Of a stretch of DNA of 64,000 nt, positions 45,495-58,117 are shown piece after piece. This DNA comes from Amoebidium appalachense. Lineage: Eukaryota > Protista > Ichthyosporea. Both the position numbers and the translations under genes were made by a program. The stretch is from contig CAVNZM010000006.1 of assembly GCA_963693365.1 (NCBI GenBank), forward strand, positions 4,629,264-4,693,263. Direction: 5' to 3'. Numbering within the stretch: position 1 is the stretch's first letter; every line of letters starts with the position of its first letter. The notes beneath the pieces are model-generated. The model ran no database searches, had not been told where the DNA came from, and was given only the letters and a program-made list of their open reading frames with translations.

Positions 45495-45611
45495 TCACCG
45501 GGGGGGGTGCGGCATGCCAGGAGCTACTACTAGAGAGAAGGGGGGGGTATGATCACCGGGGGGGGTGCGGCATGCCAGGAGCTACTACTAGAGAGAAGGG
45601 GGGGGTATGAT
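45495..45611 (+). repeat. ~58-bp tandem duplication
   Basis: tcaccg(g)ntgcggcatgccaggagctactactagagagaag(g)ntatgat occurs twice. Confidence 0.9.
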
Positions 45612-45879
45612 TGGAGGGGGGTGTGTTCAGCTAACCTTATATGGATAAAGCAAAGTTACAAGGATTCAAGCCATTGGTTGGGCAAGACCCCTTTTGCCGA
45701 ATATGGATAACAGATCATACACTGCTGTAGGCGGCGGTCAGGAATTGGCGCGCTCTTTACTGGTCACAACCAGTCCGGGAAGGCCATGAGCAGCATTGCC
45801 GAGCACACTGGAATACGGGAATGTTTGCGGTAACGTAGTCGCACTAGGGGGGCAGGGGGCCAGGCCCCAAGTGTTTAAA

Positions 45880-47271
45880 ATGAAGCCAGGCTGCCCTAAG
45901 GGCACAACACAGCGCCCTGGGCATAAAACAGGCGGAGCTAGGGAGGGAGCTGGGCGCAAAAAAAAAGATGCTGCATTTGTTCAGCCTTTAGCGAACTTTG
46001 CAGGTTTTGGGACGGCAAACAAAGCTGTTTTGCAGGAACTAAACGTAAACGTACAACCCGAACAGCCCCCTCTATCTAAGGCCGCCGACATAAGGGCCCG
46101 TGTAGTTGAGGCAGGTAGCGTCCATTCGTTACCAAGAGAAATGGATCGGGCCCCTGCTCCACACCCACCAGACATACAGGTGCAACCCGACGAGGAACCT
46201 TTGCTAAATGCAGCAGCAGATGCGTACCGGGTAGACGAGGATGAAGGGGAGGAAGAGGGAGAAGATAATACGGACGGGGATGACGGTGGAGAGGAGTTTT
46301 CTGACGCGGCGGGCGAAACAATCAAGTCGCACCTGCACACAGTGAAAGAGAGTCTCAAAGATGAGAAGACGCCTGTGGGGTGGCATCTTCCACCTCCCAT
46401 TATAGGCTTTAAATTTGGGGGCGATCCAGCGCCTTTCTACAAACCCAGATGTTTTGCCTGGCTTCCGGAAAGGTTGTCTCCCGGTTTCATGGTGCCGTGC
46501 CCCTTCGATGATCACTACGTGGACCCCCACAACCACCCCAACCCACACCGTACTTCTCGCAATGGGTTCATGAGCAACCCCGTAGGACGGCGTGTTATCG
46601 ACTTTGACAGCTGCTACTACATTATCACGGCCCGGTACTTTTGTGACACATGCAAAAAAAACTTTGCCGGCACAAACCCCCAGACAATTAAACGCCTTCC
46701 ACTCTTCATGCGTGATCAGTTTCCGGCCTACCTTAGCCACCGCAGTGGGCTCGACCTAAAGGTGGTAACATTGTTGCGTGCACTGGCAGACAAAGGTGTG
46801 GGCCCAAACGCCTTTGCCACCCTCCTCTCGGAGCTCCACAAGCAGCGATACGACGAGCAGCGGCTCCTGTATTACTCGAGGGCGCTGCATTGGACCAAGT
46901 ATGAACTCAAAAAGCGTAACGATTTCCGCCCCCACGACCAGCGCCTGACAGAACTTCCCCCAGAGGAGCAGGCGGCTAAGTTCTCGGCGTTTGGTGACAA
47001 AAATGGTTACGCTGGACATGTGCCTTCAGGCAAGTGTGCACTGCATTTTGGGTGTGTAAATGGTCCCCATTGTTTTGTATGCACGTGCTTGGGCATTTTT
47101 TGGGTTGGCTTGGTAGGGTTTTGTTTTATTATTTTTTATTTTTTTTTTAGGGGGGGGGGGGACTTGGAAATGGGTTTTGGAAGTGTGGTCAATAAGTTTC
47201 TATTATGGTGGTGGTGGATGTGTGGTGGTGGATGTGCGCCTGTGAGTGTGCGTGTACTTGTGGGTCCGTGT

Positions 47272-47302
<31 letters not shown>

Positions 47303-47578
47303 GGGGGGGAGGGGGGGGAGGGGGGACATGGTGATGGATTAGGTGGTGGTGGTGGCAATCAGTCATGGTGGTGGTGGTGGTGGTGGTGGTGGTGGGGGGG
47401 GGGGGGGGGGGGGGGGGAGGGGGGGGGGGGGGCAGAGGGATCATCAGAAGGGTGAAAGCATAACGGTCCATGTACCAGTGAGTGTGCTTGGGAAATCGTG
47501 GAGAACTGTTATGCCTGAAATTAGATGGTGGGTGTGCGCATGTGTGTCTGTGTGTGTTGGGGGAAAGGAGGTGGAGAG

Positions 47579-47610
<32 letters not shown>

Positions 47611-47797
47611 GGGGGGCACATGGTGGTAGACTGGATCTTGGTGGCGGTACTTAATGGTTATTATAGTAGTGGCAGGAGGGTGTGGGGGGAAGGGCAAACG
47701 GACGTGCAGGGGACAAACTGCAGATGGGGCACAAAGGGGAAAGAAGGTGAAAGTTGGTGCAATGACTTGGAGGGTTTGCGCGCGCCGGGAGGCGGGG

Positions 47798-47831
<34 letters not shown>

Positions 47832-48263
47832 AACGGCCGGAGATGGGTGTGTAGCGTTTTTGAGATGGGAAAAGCCATACAGACTTACGAAAATACAGAG
47901 AGGTGAGATGAACACGAGGGACTAGAGGGAATGGGGGGGATGGTCCTGATGGGAGGGTGGTGGAGTTCTAACAGTACTTGGGGTTCAGGCAAATACCTGA
48001 GTGCCGTGTATACTGAGTTCAGCGACCGCACGGCAAAGTACCAGAGCCTGGACACGCAGCTCAAGCCCGTAAACAACGTGCTCAAGGCCGACCACACCTT
48101 CCAAATTGGGAAGCTCACCGGCATCAATGGGGAGCCTCTGTACCGAGGCCTATGGACTTGTGTAAACGAGCTTGGCGGTGTGTGGTCCCTCCTCTTCTCC
48201 CCCCTCCCCCCACTCTCCCCCCAGGCCCCCTCCCCCCCCCCCCCCCCCCCCCACACACCCCCC

Positions 48264-48294
<31 letters not shown>

Positions 48295-48525
48295 ACGCCC
48301 CCCTCCCCCCCCTCCCCCCCCCTCCCCCCTCTAGGGCCTTTAAATCTCTTAGGCTCCACATTTAATGAGGTGGCACACTGTGAGTAGAGGTTTGTAGTAT
48401 GTGGGTTTTGGGGACAATTCTTGCCCTGTCGAGCAAAAACTAGGAAGCTCCAGATATGTGTGTATGTGTTTTTGCTGGGTAGAGATTGGGGTGGGCTGGG
48501 GTGGAGCTTTCTTTTGGCGGGGAAT

Positions 48526-48573
<48 letters not shown>

Positions 48574-50179
48574 AGCTTCTGCCAAGCAGAATGGGAGTAG
48601 GGGCCAGTGATTGCAAGGGATGCAGGGGGGGGGGGGGGGGGGGGGGGGGAGACACCACCGTCGGGGTTGAAGGTAGAGAGGGCAAGAGGCCCGGGGTGGG
48701 GTGGGGGGGGGGGGGGGGGGACAGTAGGTGCCATATGGAGGGCTGTCCCATGGTTTGGGGGGAGGGGGAGTGGGGAAGGATCGTGGGCACATGGGTTTGG
48801 GGGGAAGGCAGAGAGGGGGAAAGGATTGTGATCACAAGGGTTTAGGGGGAGGAAGGGGGAAGGATTGTAGGTACATGGGTTTAGGGGGGAGGGGGGGGGG
48901 AAGATTTTGGGGGAAAGGGAGGCCTGGGGAAAGTATGTGGGCACATGGGTTTGGGGGGAAGGAGGGGGAAGGGTTTTGGGGGAGAGGGAGGGGAAAGTAT
49001 GTGGGCACATGGGTTTGGGGGGAGGGAGGGGGAAAGGATTGTGTGGGCACTGAAGTCTCGTGAAGGGCCATGTGGTAAGGGAAGCTAGAACATGCATGGC
49101 TGCTCGGAGATGCCCTCTCACACAGTGCGGCACCCCAGAGATCCGGGCGCAGGTATTTACACGGGACTGCAGCCACCAGGAGATTGAGCCCGTGATCCAG
49201 CGCATCTCTGCCACCACGGCGGCGCTCAACAGCAAGGGCCCGGCCTTCTTCTACACAGATCGGTGCTGCCAAGACCGGGCGTTTGTTGAGCGCATGTTTC
49301 CAACCCTAGCCCGGCCAAAATGCCCCGTCCGTCTGAACGAGGCTGCGCTGGTAAGCGTGACGGACGGTCTGCCTGGGCTGGAGCTGCCGGCCAACTACCC
49401 TAAGCCGGTGTACACCGACTGCCAGGGGGCGGTGGTGGCTACAGCGGCCATTCGTGCCGACCTGGAGGGGCAGCAGCACCGCGTGGTGGGGCTGGACTGC
49501 GAGTGGGTCTATCGGGTGGGCCAGGCGCGGTCCAAGGTTTGCACGCTGCAGATTGCCACCGCACGGGCCGTGTACATCTTCCACTTGGCACGCATGGGCC
49601 CCAACCACAGCCCGCCCGCGCGGCTGGTGGACGAGCTGATTGCGCTGCTTAGGGACCCCAGCATCATCAAGGTGGGCAAGCAGATCGGCACGGACTCGGC
49701 CCACCTCAACAAGGACTACGGCACCCCTGTGGCCAGCTATCTGGAGCTGGGCCGGTTCTGCTATGCCCGTGCAGCTATCACCTCTGCGGCCCGGGGCTTG
49801 GCCGACATCACTGCCCAGGTCATAGGCAAGAAGCTGCCCAAGCCGGCACTTGTTCGATGCTCCAACTGGCACGAGCCGCTATCAGAGGTGCAGGCCACCT
49901 ACGCTGCCCTTGATGCATATGCGTCCCTGCAGGTCTACTCGGCCGTGGTCGATAGGCCAAACCTGTCAGGTGTGTATCCCACCTGCTTTTTGCCCCAGTG
50001 CTTATGTGCTTATGCCAGATATAGAAAGATTGTGGGCCCCCCAGAGGAGAGGGGAGGGGGAGGAGGGGGGGGGGGGGGGGGGGGGGGTGGCTGACCACAT
50101 GGGCCAGTGTTCCAGTTGTGTTATGCTGGGTGTCGGGTGGCTATCAAAGGAGGGGGTGATTGGTGGTGGTGGTGGTGGT

Positions 50180-50212
<33 letters not shown>

Positions 50213-51230
50213 CTATAGCACTGTTAACACGTGCAAGTGCCACACAAGCTGGGCACTGGGAGAGGGGGGGGGGGGGAGGGAGAAGGGGGGGGGGGGGGGG
50301 GGGGGGGGAAGGGGGTTGCTAAGGAATATGCATTTGATTTTTGTGGAGCGAAGAGAAAAACGTTGGTGCTGTGGCTTTTTGGCTGAGTTTTTTGCTTCCC
50401 TCTATGACATGCAGCGCGGCTTCATGCAAAGGCACTCGGTGAAGGGGTTGAGATTGTGCCCCGGCGGGGCCCACATGCTGCAGCAGCCACCGGGGTGGTG
50501 CTGGCTGTGCAGCCGGAGCGCTGGGGGGGCATGAAGGTGGGCAAGAAGCATGCAGTGGTGCGGGTGGATCAGGTGCTGTCGCCGGCCATGCAGGTGCCCT
50601 TTGGCCCCGACAAGGGCAAGACCCTGGGAGAGCTGGGCCCGCCGCCCTTTGAGCTGATGGTGCACCTGCAGTGGCTACGGCCCATTCAGCCCCCACCGGA
50701 CCCAGGTGCCGAGGTGCCGGTGGTCCCTGACCCAGCCCCTCCCCCTGCCGAGCAGCAGCAACCCCTTGCCGGCCCACAGGCACCCCCCCAGGACCCCCAG
50801 GCAGCCCCGGGGGGCCTTGAGGCAGCCCCAGGGGGACCCGAGGCAGCTCCCAGAGAGGGCATGTTGGGCCAGGCACCGCCTGGGGAGGTGGTGTGGCAGA
50901 CTGTGCTGAATGACGCCTTCCACTCCATTGCAAACACGGCGGACGGCACGTACAAGTCACACCCCCGCAGGGCTGAGTACGCACGCGCACTCAGCGAGGC
51001 AATATTTGTGTGGAATGAAGAGGATTACGGACATGTGAAGGTGCCCCCCCCCCCCCCCCCCCCCAAAATAAAAAATAAAAAATAAAAATAAAAAAAACGG
51101 CAACAACAACATGCGTGACTGACGCGCACACACACATACACTCGTTAGCACACACTCACCATTCCACCCACAACCATGCACACCTTCGACAAAACTTCTG
51201 AGGGAAGAGAGAGAGCCTGAGCCTCAGAGA

Positions 51231-51286
<56 letters not shown>

Positions 51287-51865
51287 GGGGGGGGGAGGAG
51301 AGTGGGGGTTATTCATATGCCTAGAGAGAAATAATGTAGGGTTGTGGGGGGAAAGAGCCACATGCATTTTTTACTTGTGTTGGGGGAGAAGATGGGGGGG
51401 GTGGAGGGGAGGGGTCCTACAATAACGGCAGGTATCAAAGTCTACCAAACCCAAATTGCAGTGTGCGTAGTAAATTAATATTGGCATCCTGCCTCACAGG
51501 GGGTGCTGGAGCAGAAGGGCATCGACATTGAAACCGAGCTCAAGGGCGGCGACCTGAGCTACTTCATGGAGCGCATCCGGCGGGTTATTCCCGACCCATA
51601 CACGCTGGTCTCGCGGCTGGTGGAGTTCAAAAACACCTACAAGGATGTGCCGCCCGGACCGGATGGCAAGCCTCTGTTCAAGAAGGATGGCTTTGAAAGA
51701 CTCGAGGCAACATCCCCCCCCCCCCCCCCCCCCCTCCCCCTGCAGGCGCCCAACAACTCCACCACCACAGAAAAGATTCTTCGCTTATTTGTCATCCTTG
51801 GTTCATCTGCACACACACGCACACCCTAGCCTCCCCCCCCCCCCCCCCCTCCCCCCCCCAAACAT

Positions 51866-51933
<68 letters not shown>

Positions 51934-52010
51934 CCCGCACGGCCCTTGCTGCCTAGCCAGTTGTTTTTTGCCTTTCCCTGCTCGTTTTTTTCCTTAGCAA
52001 CCCCATCCCC

Positions 52011-52061
<51 letters not shown>

Positions 52062-53719
52062 ACACACTACCACCACCACCACCCACCCATCTCTCTGATG
52101 TTTGCTTGTGCCCCCACAGTCGCTGCTCGAACACGCCCAAAATGGCTGTCTGTCGGACCCCCCCGGCCTGCCCCTCTACTACGAGACCACTGCCGACGCA
52201 GATGGGCTCATGCGCTACCGCTGCATCCGGGGCACCAACGAGGTGGAGGGGGCAGTGCACAACCCCCTGGCCACCCACTTTGGGGCCACACGCATGTCGC
52301 TGCGCCTGCTGGACGCCACCATGTCCAATAGGCGCCACCGCCACAACCTGCGTGCACACTACCGCAACCGCCTGGGCCAGGCATCGGGGCCCCCCCACTA
52401 CAGCCCCTGGATTGTTGACGACATGGAGGCACTGGCGCTGATGCTGTACGGCCATCACCTCGACCCCCAGTGGGTACCCGTAGGCTGCTACAAGCTACCG
52501 GAGGAGTACTTCAACTTTGCCCCGCTCTCCTGTGTGGCCAATGCCCCGGCGCAGGAGCCAGTTGCGGTGCCCGCACCCCCACCTCCGTCTGATAACATCG
52601 AGCCTGCAGCCAATGGCGTGATGGGCGGGCCAGAGGACTGTGAGGTCGAGGAGGGTGACGGTGCTGCCATGGGGGGGGGGCAACCAGGTGGCGCGTGGTG
52701 CACCACAGCCGGACCCTGCACTGAGGGGCGACTACAAGTTCCTGGCGCAGAAGCAACATGTGGCCATCCCCTTCCTTCCGGTGCTTACCCCTCAGGAGCG
52801 CAAGCTATTCAGCACGCTGCTCCTGGGCACCTACAAGGCACATGCAAAGCCCAACGGCCAGCTGTTCGAGGCTTTGGCCCAAGACTTCAACAAGGCTGCC
52901 TCTGTGGCTGGGGGAATCTACATGAAGGATGCGGCCTACATCAAGAAGCATTTCGACAAGTGGAAGACCTGGCAGACGGCACATGCACAGCGCTCCACAC
53001 ACGAGGGCCTGGCAGATCACCGCAAGCGTATGCGCGAGGAGAGGGCAGACGCTGTGCCAGCAACCATACGGCCTGCCCCCTTGCCACCCCTCCCTGTTCC
53101 AGACGGTGTCGATGCAGGGGCGCAGCGTGAGCGGCCCTTGCCCATGCTAGTGGGCAAAAAGCATCGCAACATTGGCCCTGAGGGGCCCCTGCAGATGGAT
53201 TTGCCGGTGCCCCCTCCTATGCAGCCACCCCAGAGAGCCCCCAAGACCTGCAAGACGTGTGGCCGCCAGGGCAAGGGCTGCCCCGGCTCCAATCGGGCCA
53301 AGAGCTGCCCACGTTGGGTTGCAGCCAATCAGGATGCCATGCCACCAGCACCCGCGCTTGACATGCAGCAGGGCCATGTGCCGCACATGCCCCCTGCACC
53401 CCATCCAGGCCCGCACCACCCACATGGCTGGCCCCCACCGTGGGGCATCATGCCGCCTCAGCCCGGCCCTGCCTTCCCCATGCCTGGGCTACTGCCGCAG
53501 CACGGTCCCCATCCTTACTTGGGCCATGTGGGCCAGCCCTCGGCTGGTGGGCAGTTCCCACCCCCTTCTCGTGCATCTGCTGTGCTGGGCCTGGCGTTGC
53601 CACCTGCTGGAGAGACGCAGCTGCAATGGCACGATCGAAAGCAAAGTAATCGTGGCCGCAAGTCTGCAGGCAGCCAATCAGGATCTCAGAGTAGTCAGAG
53701 TAGCCAAACTAGTGTCTAA
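45880..53719 (+). mobile_element. Large DDE transposase gene (DUF6729-type N-terminus, DxxH class) with an embedded DEDDy 3'-5' exonuclease; 6 exons, ~1530 aa
   Basis: Exons 45880-47029, 47989-48177, 49139-49969, 50415-51040, 51500-51706, 52120-53719, with a frameshift in the G10 run at 52671-52680. Motifs in order: GGAREGAGRKK; RRVIDFDSCYYIITARYFCDTC..QFPAYLSHRSGLD; LKADHTF; FYTDRCC; VVGLDCEW..KVGKQIGTD..SNW..YAALDAY; LNDAFH; GCLSDPPGLPLY; RCIRGTNEVEG; C-terminal CKTC..C..C. Element termini not found. Confidence 0.8.
48770..49050 (+). repeat. Degenerate ~35-45-bp minisatellite in transposase intron 2
   Basis: Repeated (t)gtgggcacatgggtttgggggg...ggga(a)aggat/agtat units. Confidence 0.75.
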
Positions 53720-53798
53720 TATTGGAATGTACACCAATGTAACGGATCTCATATGTGTTGTAGTGCTTCAAGTTATACCTGTTCTTCGTACAGTCATG

Positions 53799-53833
<35 letters not shown>

Positions 53834-54160
53834 CTAGCTTTCATTCCGAAGTTTACTGTAAAGAATTAAAATTTAGAATCTGAGTAATAGTACAGAGCCT
53901 TTGCACTTTTCTCTGTTTGTTAGGAATTCTTTGTGATCGAGAGTATGGTGTGTTAGACTATTGGTGTTAATGTGTCCTGGAAGGTGTATAATGTCTGCTG
54001 GCCGTAGTCAGTATCTATTTTTAGGTATATAGTATATTTTTAAATGTTGGCCGCTGGCCAATAAATAGCAAATAATAAACACACGATAAAGTCAACAGCG
54101 TGCCAAAAAACTAATCCCCAGCGAGCGCACCCAGTGATGTGTGTGTGTGTGTGTGTGTCG

Positions 54161-54247
<87 letters not shown>

Positions 54248-54409
54248 CGCGCGCGTGCGTGTGTGTGTGTGTGTGTGCGTGCGTGCGTGCGTGTGTGCGT
54301 GTGTGCGTGTGTGCGTGTGTGCGTGTGTGTGTGTGAGTGTGTGTGTGTGTGTGTGTATGTGTGGTGTGGTGTGTGCGCGGCTTGTACATATGTACGTGTT
54401 CATGTGCAC

Positions 54410-54731
54410 CTGTGTCGGACCTACGAAGTACATGAAAGTAAATTTTGACAGCATCGATCTGCCGGTGTGTATGTGTATGTGTGCCAGTGCAGCAGGTGTG
54501 CCTTGTAACTGATAGCTTCGCATTTTACGTGTGTGTATATATAGTAGTACGCATAGACACTTGCTGATCATTCGGATCGACATTAATATTTAATCTGTCG
54601 GTCCTCGGTTTTTTGAGTGAATGATGATCAAGTGTAAGAGCATTCACTTGGCAAGTATTAATGTTGCAGAGGCTAGCTGCAGCTGCAAGCGTCGGATGCA
54701 CACTGACAATTGTCTTTTCAGCGAGTCTAAC
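54410..54731 (-). CDS. Possible exons of an unidentified gene convergent with the transposase
   Basis: cag|54731-54561|gt (57 codons, ...LKKPRTDRLNINVDPNDQQ) and cag|54458-54410|gt (IDAVKIYFHVLRRSDT) splice in phase 0. No complete model. Confidence 0.3.
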
Positions 54732-55228
54732 CTGCAGGCAGCAGCTGCACACATATAGGGTTGTTATCTTGCGGCACATGCACGGTGATCATTTCAGAGT
54801 AATAGAGTTCAGAGCAATGAAAATAATGAAAATAACTAAACTTTGTGACTACTTTAAAGTTGCTGAGATCATACGTGGTGCAAGCTGCACTATGAACACA
54901 TGTATAGTGCTAGTAATTAATACATTTTTGTTGCCTTCTGCAGGGTTATCGTAGCTACGTCACGGCCTGCACTCAGGGGGGGGGAGGGGGGGGAGAGGGG
55001 GGATGATTCGAAGGGGGTATAAATAAGAACATGCACCTAAAGGTCTTTCCCGTGGATCCTCCCCCCTCCCCCCCCCCACCTCTCCCTCCCCCGGGGCCCC
55101 ATACTATGATATCTAGGCCCAATATTATATGCCCCTTCCCCCCCCCCCCCCCCCCCCCTCCCCTCTCCGGATCCCCGGACCCCACTTCCCTACCCGGAGG
55201 CTCAAGAGCTCCCCCCCCTCCCCCCCCC

Positions 55229-55261
<33 letters not shown>

Positions 55262-55582
55262 GGCTTACGGGGGCCCTTCTTCATCGAGGGGGAGGGGGTG
55301 GGGGTGGGGGGGGGGGGGGTGGGGGTGGGGGGGAGGGGAAGTGGAAGGCGGGGGTGGATGCATGTCAGCCTAGGTGAATTCAATTGTTTAACTCCAGTGT
55401 GCAGGACTGGTCTGAAGGCTTAAGAAAACAACGAGGAAATGGGGTCCAGTGGAGGTGGTGGTGGTGTTCTGTGTGTGTGTGTACACGTGCACGTATGTGT
55501 GTGGTTTTTTTAAGGGGTGAGTGGTGGTGGTGGTGGTGGTGGTGGTCACCGTGGTGGTGGTGTGTGTGTCTGGTGTGTGTGT

Positions 55583-55644
<62 letters not shown>

Positions 55645-56733
55645 TAGAAAGAAAAACTGCTCGTGGGTCACTGTTTTTCGTCACTGTATTTGTAACGGGC
55701 CGCTCATATTTATATAACTACTTTAATTTAAGTACACGTGTTCATTATCATATACGATGGCCAAATATAGAAATTTTGGCGTCGAAGTTCTTGGAGCTAA
55801 AAAAACGTTTAAAAGGGGGAAATAATAGCTTGGCCCCAAATTTACCTTGCCGTTTTTAGCGAATGTATTTTTTATTCATGAGTTCTAGTGATTCAGTGAG
55901 TGCACGTGCCTGCCTCAGGCTGATCATGACAACTGCAACACACCATTCCTACATGGATATCAACCAAAAGAAAATAGTATATACTGTGGTGGTCTCCTAA
56001 ACCTTGTGCGGCATGCGCATACATGATATTACAGTGACGCATGTGCATATTATTGTTCTGTACACCGGAGTGTGCCGGTGCACGTGGCTGTTTTGTGCAC
56101 ATGTTACAATAGCAGCACGATCTCCCTAAACTCCATGTTTACACATCCCTCACCCTGGCTCTGCCTTGTCGGTGCTCCAAAACACACATACAAATCCCCC
56201 TAGACTCAGTGCCTGCACATGGTCGCATTCACGTGCAGGCCACGTGACACATGCGATGCCATACTGCCGTCTACAGCAACAACCACGGCAGCATGTATAC
56301 CGGCCCAGCACGAAATATACTTATCGGCAGCCCACTGAACTCGCCCATTTTCTCTTTTTCATGTATGTCCCTCCTTTTTTGTAAAATCACCCTTTTTGGC
56401 CTCCCGGTAGTGGATTTTGCAGGATTTGACTTCTTTGAGGTCCAAAAACCTCAAATTTTCCCCGGCGGGGCCGGGGAGGGAGAATTCAAAAATTGCCCGC
56501 TCCTGATATGGTACCCGGGCCCATTTCAGGCTGCAAGGCAGACATCAATAGAGTCGACCTTTTCAACGCTCCTTGCTTACTAACTTAGCCTCTGTTAGCG
56601 TGCTGTAACACTAGATCTAGAGTTGGTTCTTCCTACAGAGGGACTATATGGAAGAGGTTTCTGAGAAATCCTGGGGTATTTGAGTATCTAGCTATAGGTC
56701 ATTGATTTTATTTTAAAGAGTATTTAATATTAA

Positions 56734-56766
<33 letters not shown>

Positions 56767-57090
56767 GAATCGAGACGGCCGTGGAAGTGAGCACATCCGG
56801 ATTGTGTGAATGTTTTTTCTATTGGCCAAAAGCGTTAAAACATGTGATTGACAACGCAATTTTGGCTTTTTTTGGGTTGTAAACGCCATTTCGATTGGTC
56901 GTTTCGGCAGAAAAGGTTTGCAAGGATTTTGATTGGATTGCTTGAAAATCTATTGTTTGACATGTGCAGTGACTTTTGATCTGATTAGTCGGCTGTCATT
57001 ACTACCTTGTGACCGCCATCAAGTTGATGCTATATATTGGATATTTTGGAGGCAAGACTAAATAATATCACCCAAGTTGTACAACAACCT

Positions 57091-57617
57091 ATGACCTTTT
57101 CTAGCTCCAGAGAGACAATAACAATGGCGCAGCCTGACCAGCCTGACCTTGGCAAAACCTTGATGGGTGTAGAGAAGGCGGTAGCTGAATCCTTGCGCAA
57201 GGAGATGTGCAGCGTCTTCATGAAACTGGACTCCGAGAAGAGGCAGCTCCTGGAGGAACTCGCAAGTGCTCACGGCCGCTGTGACGAGTTGTCAAGCAAG
57301 GTATCTTCGTCCGAGCTGCTGCTCTTTTTGATGTCCAAGGAGCTCGCAAAGGCACGGGAGCTTCTCCTGCAGAATGGCGTGGACATGATGCCCTGGGCAG
57401 CGCGCCACCGACACCTGTCAAAACCGAGCATCGTGAAGACAACCAGACCCCGCCCGCCAGCCCGCCTGCAAAACGCATCTGTCGCTCTCCTCAGCCGTAT
57501 ACATGTACGTACTAAGCGGCGCGGCAACGCACCCTCGCACGGCGCGCATCTATTGTAGGAGCCTGGCAGCCACCGCTCGAGCTCCAGTGTCCCCATATTC
57601 AAGAGCAACGCTGTCAG
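57091..57617 (+). pseudogene. Coiled-coil hypothetical protein, apparently frameshifted or truncated
   Basis: Heptad-like segment (LDSEKRQLLEELASAHGRCDELSSKV..LMSKELAKARELL). After ~57385 an alternative frame reads GSAPPTPVKTEHREDNQTPPASPPAKRICR. CCAAT boxes upstream. Confidence 0.45.
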
Positions 57618-58117
57618 GTGACAGGTGAGGCTGGGCCTCAGTAGCAATAAATGGTGCAAAGAAAATGGTTACTCGTGTCACATGCAATACGTGCACACGA
57701 CCCGCCCGAATTCGAAGTTTCGGGGGCCGGGAAGCGTGCCACCTCCTTGGTCACTCTGACTCACTGTGACTTGCTTTAGCCCCAGTTCCAAATGACTAAC
57801 TAGTTATCATACATCCCTGACCGAAGGTTGCAAGCTTAAGGTTTTACCCTTGGAATAGTCTTAAAGCGCTGAGATTTTTCATGGTAACCAACGCGCATAA
57901 AAAACTTGGTGTTATGTAATATATAGTGTTTTGTTGCTCCGAGCCAGCATTACATATGCTCGCGCCGGCGACGTCGCCGCGCTGGTCCAGCCTCTGACCG
58001 CCCTGATTGCGCCAACGCCTTCGATCACTCAACATTCTTACTCCGCCGCACTCGCCGCCGCCGCCCAAAAGTTGATTTTACCATAGGCTATGCATACAAC
58101 TTCAACGATTCGGAATA

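Noticed and set aside
48770-49050. CRISPR-like array
   Set aside because: Degenerate minisatellite without unique spacers, no cas genes, eukaryotic intron context.
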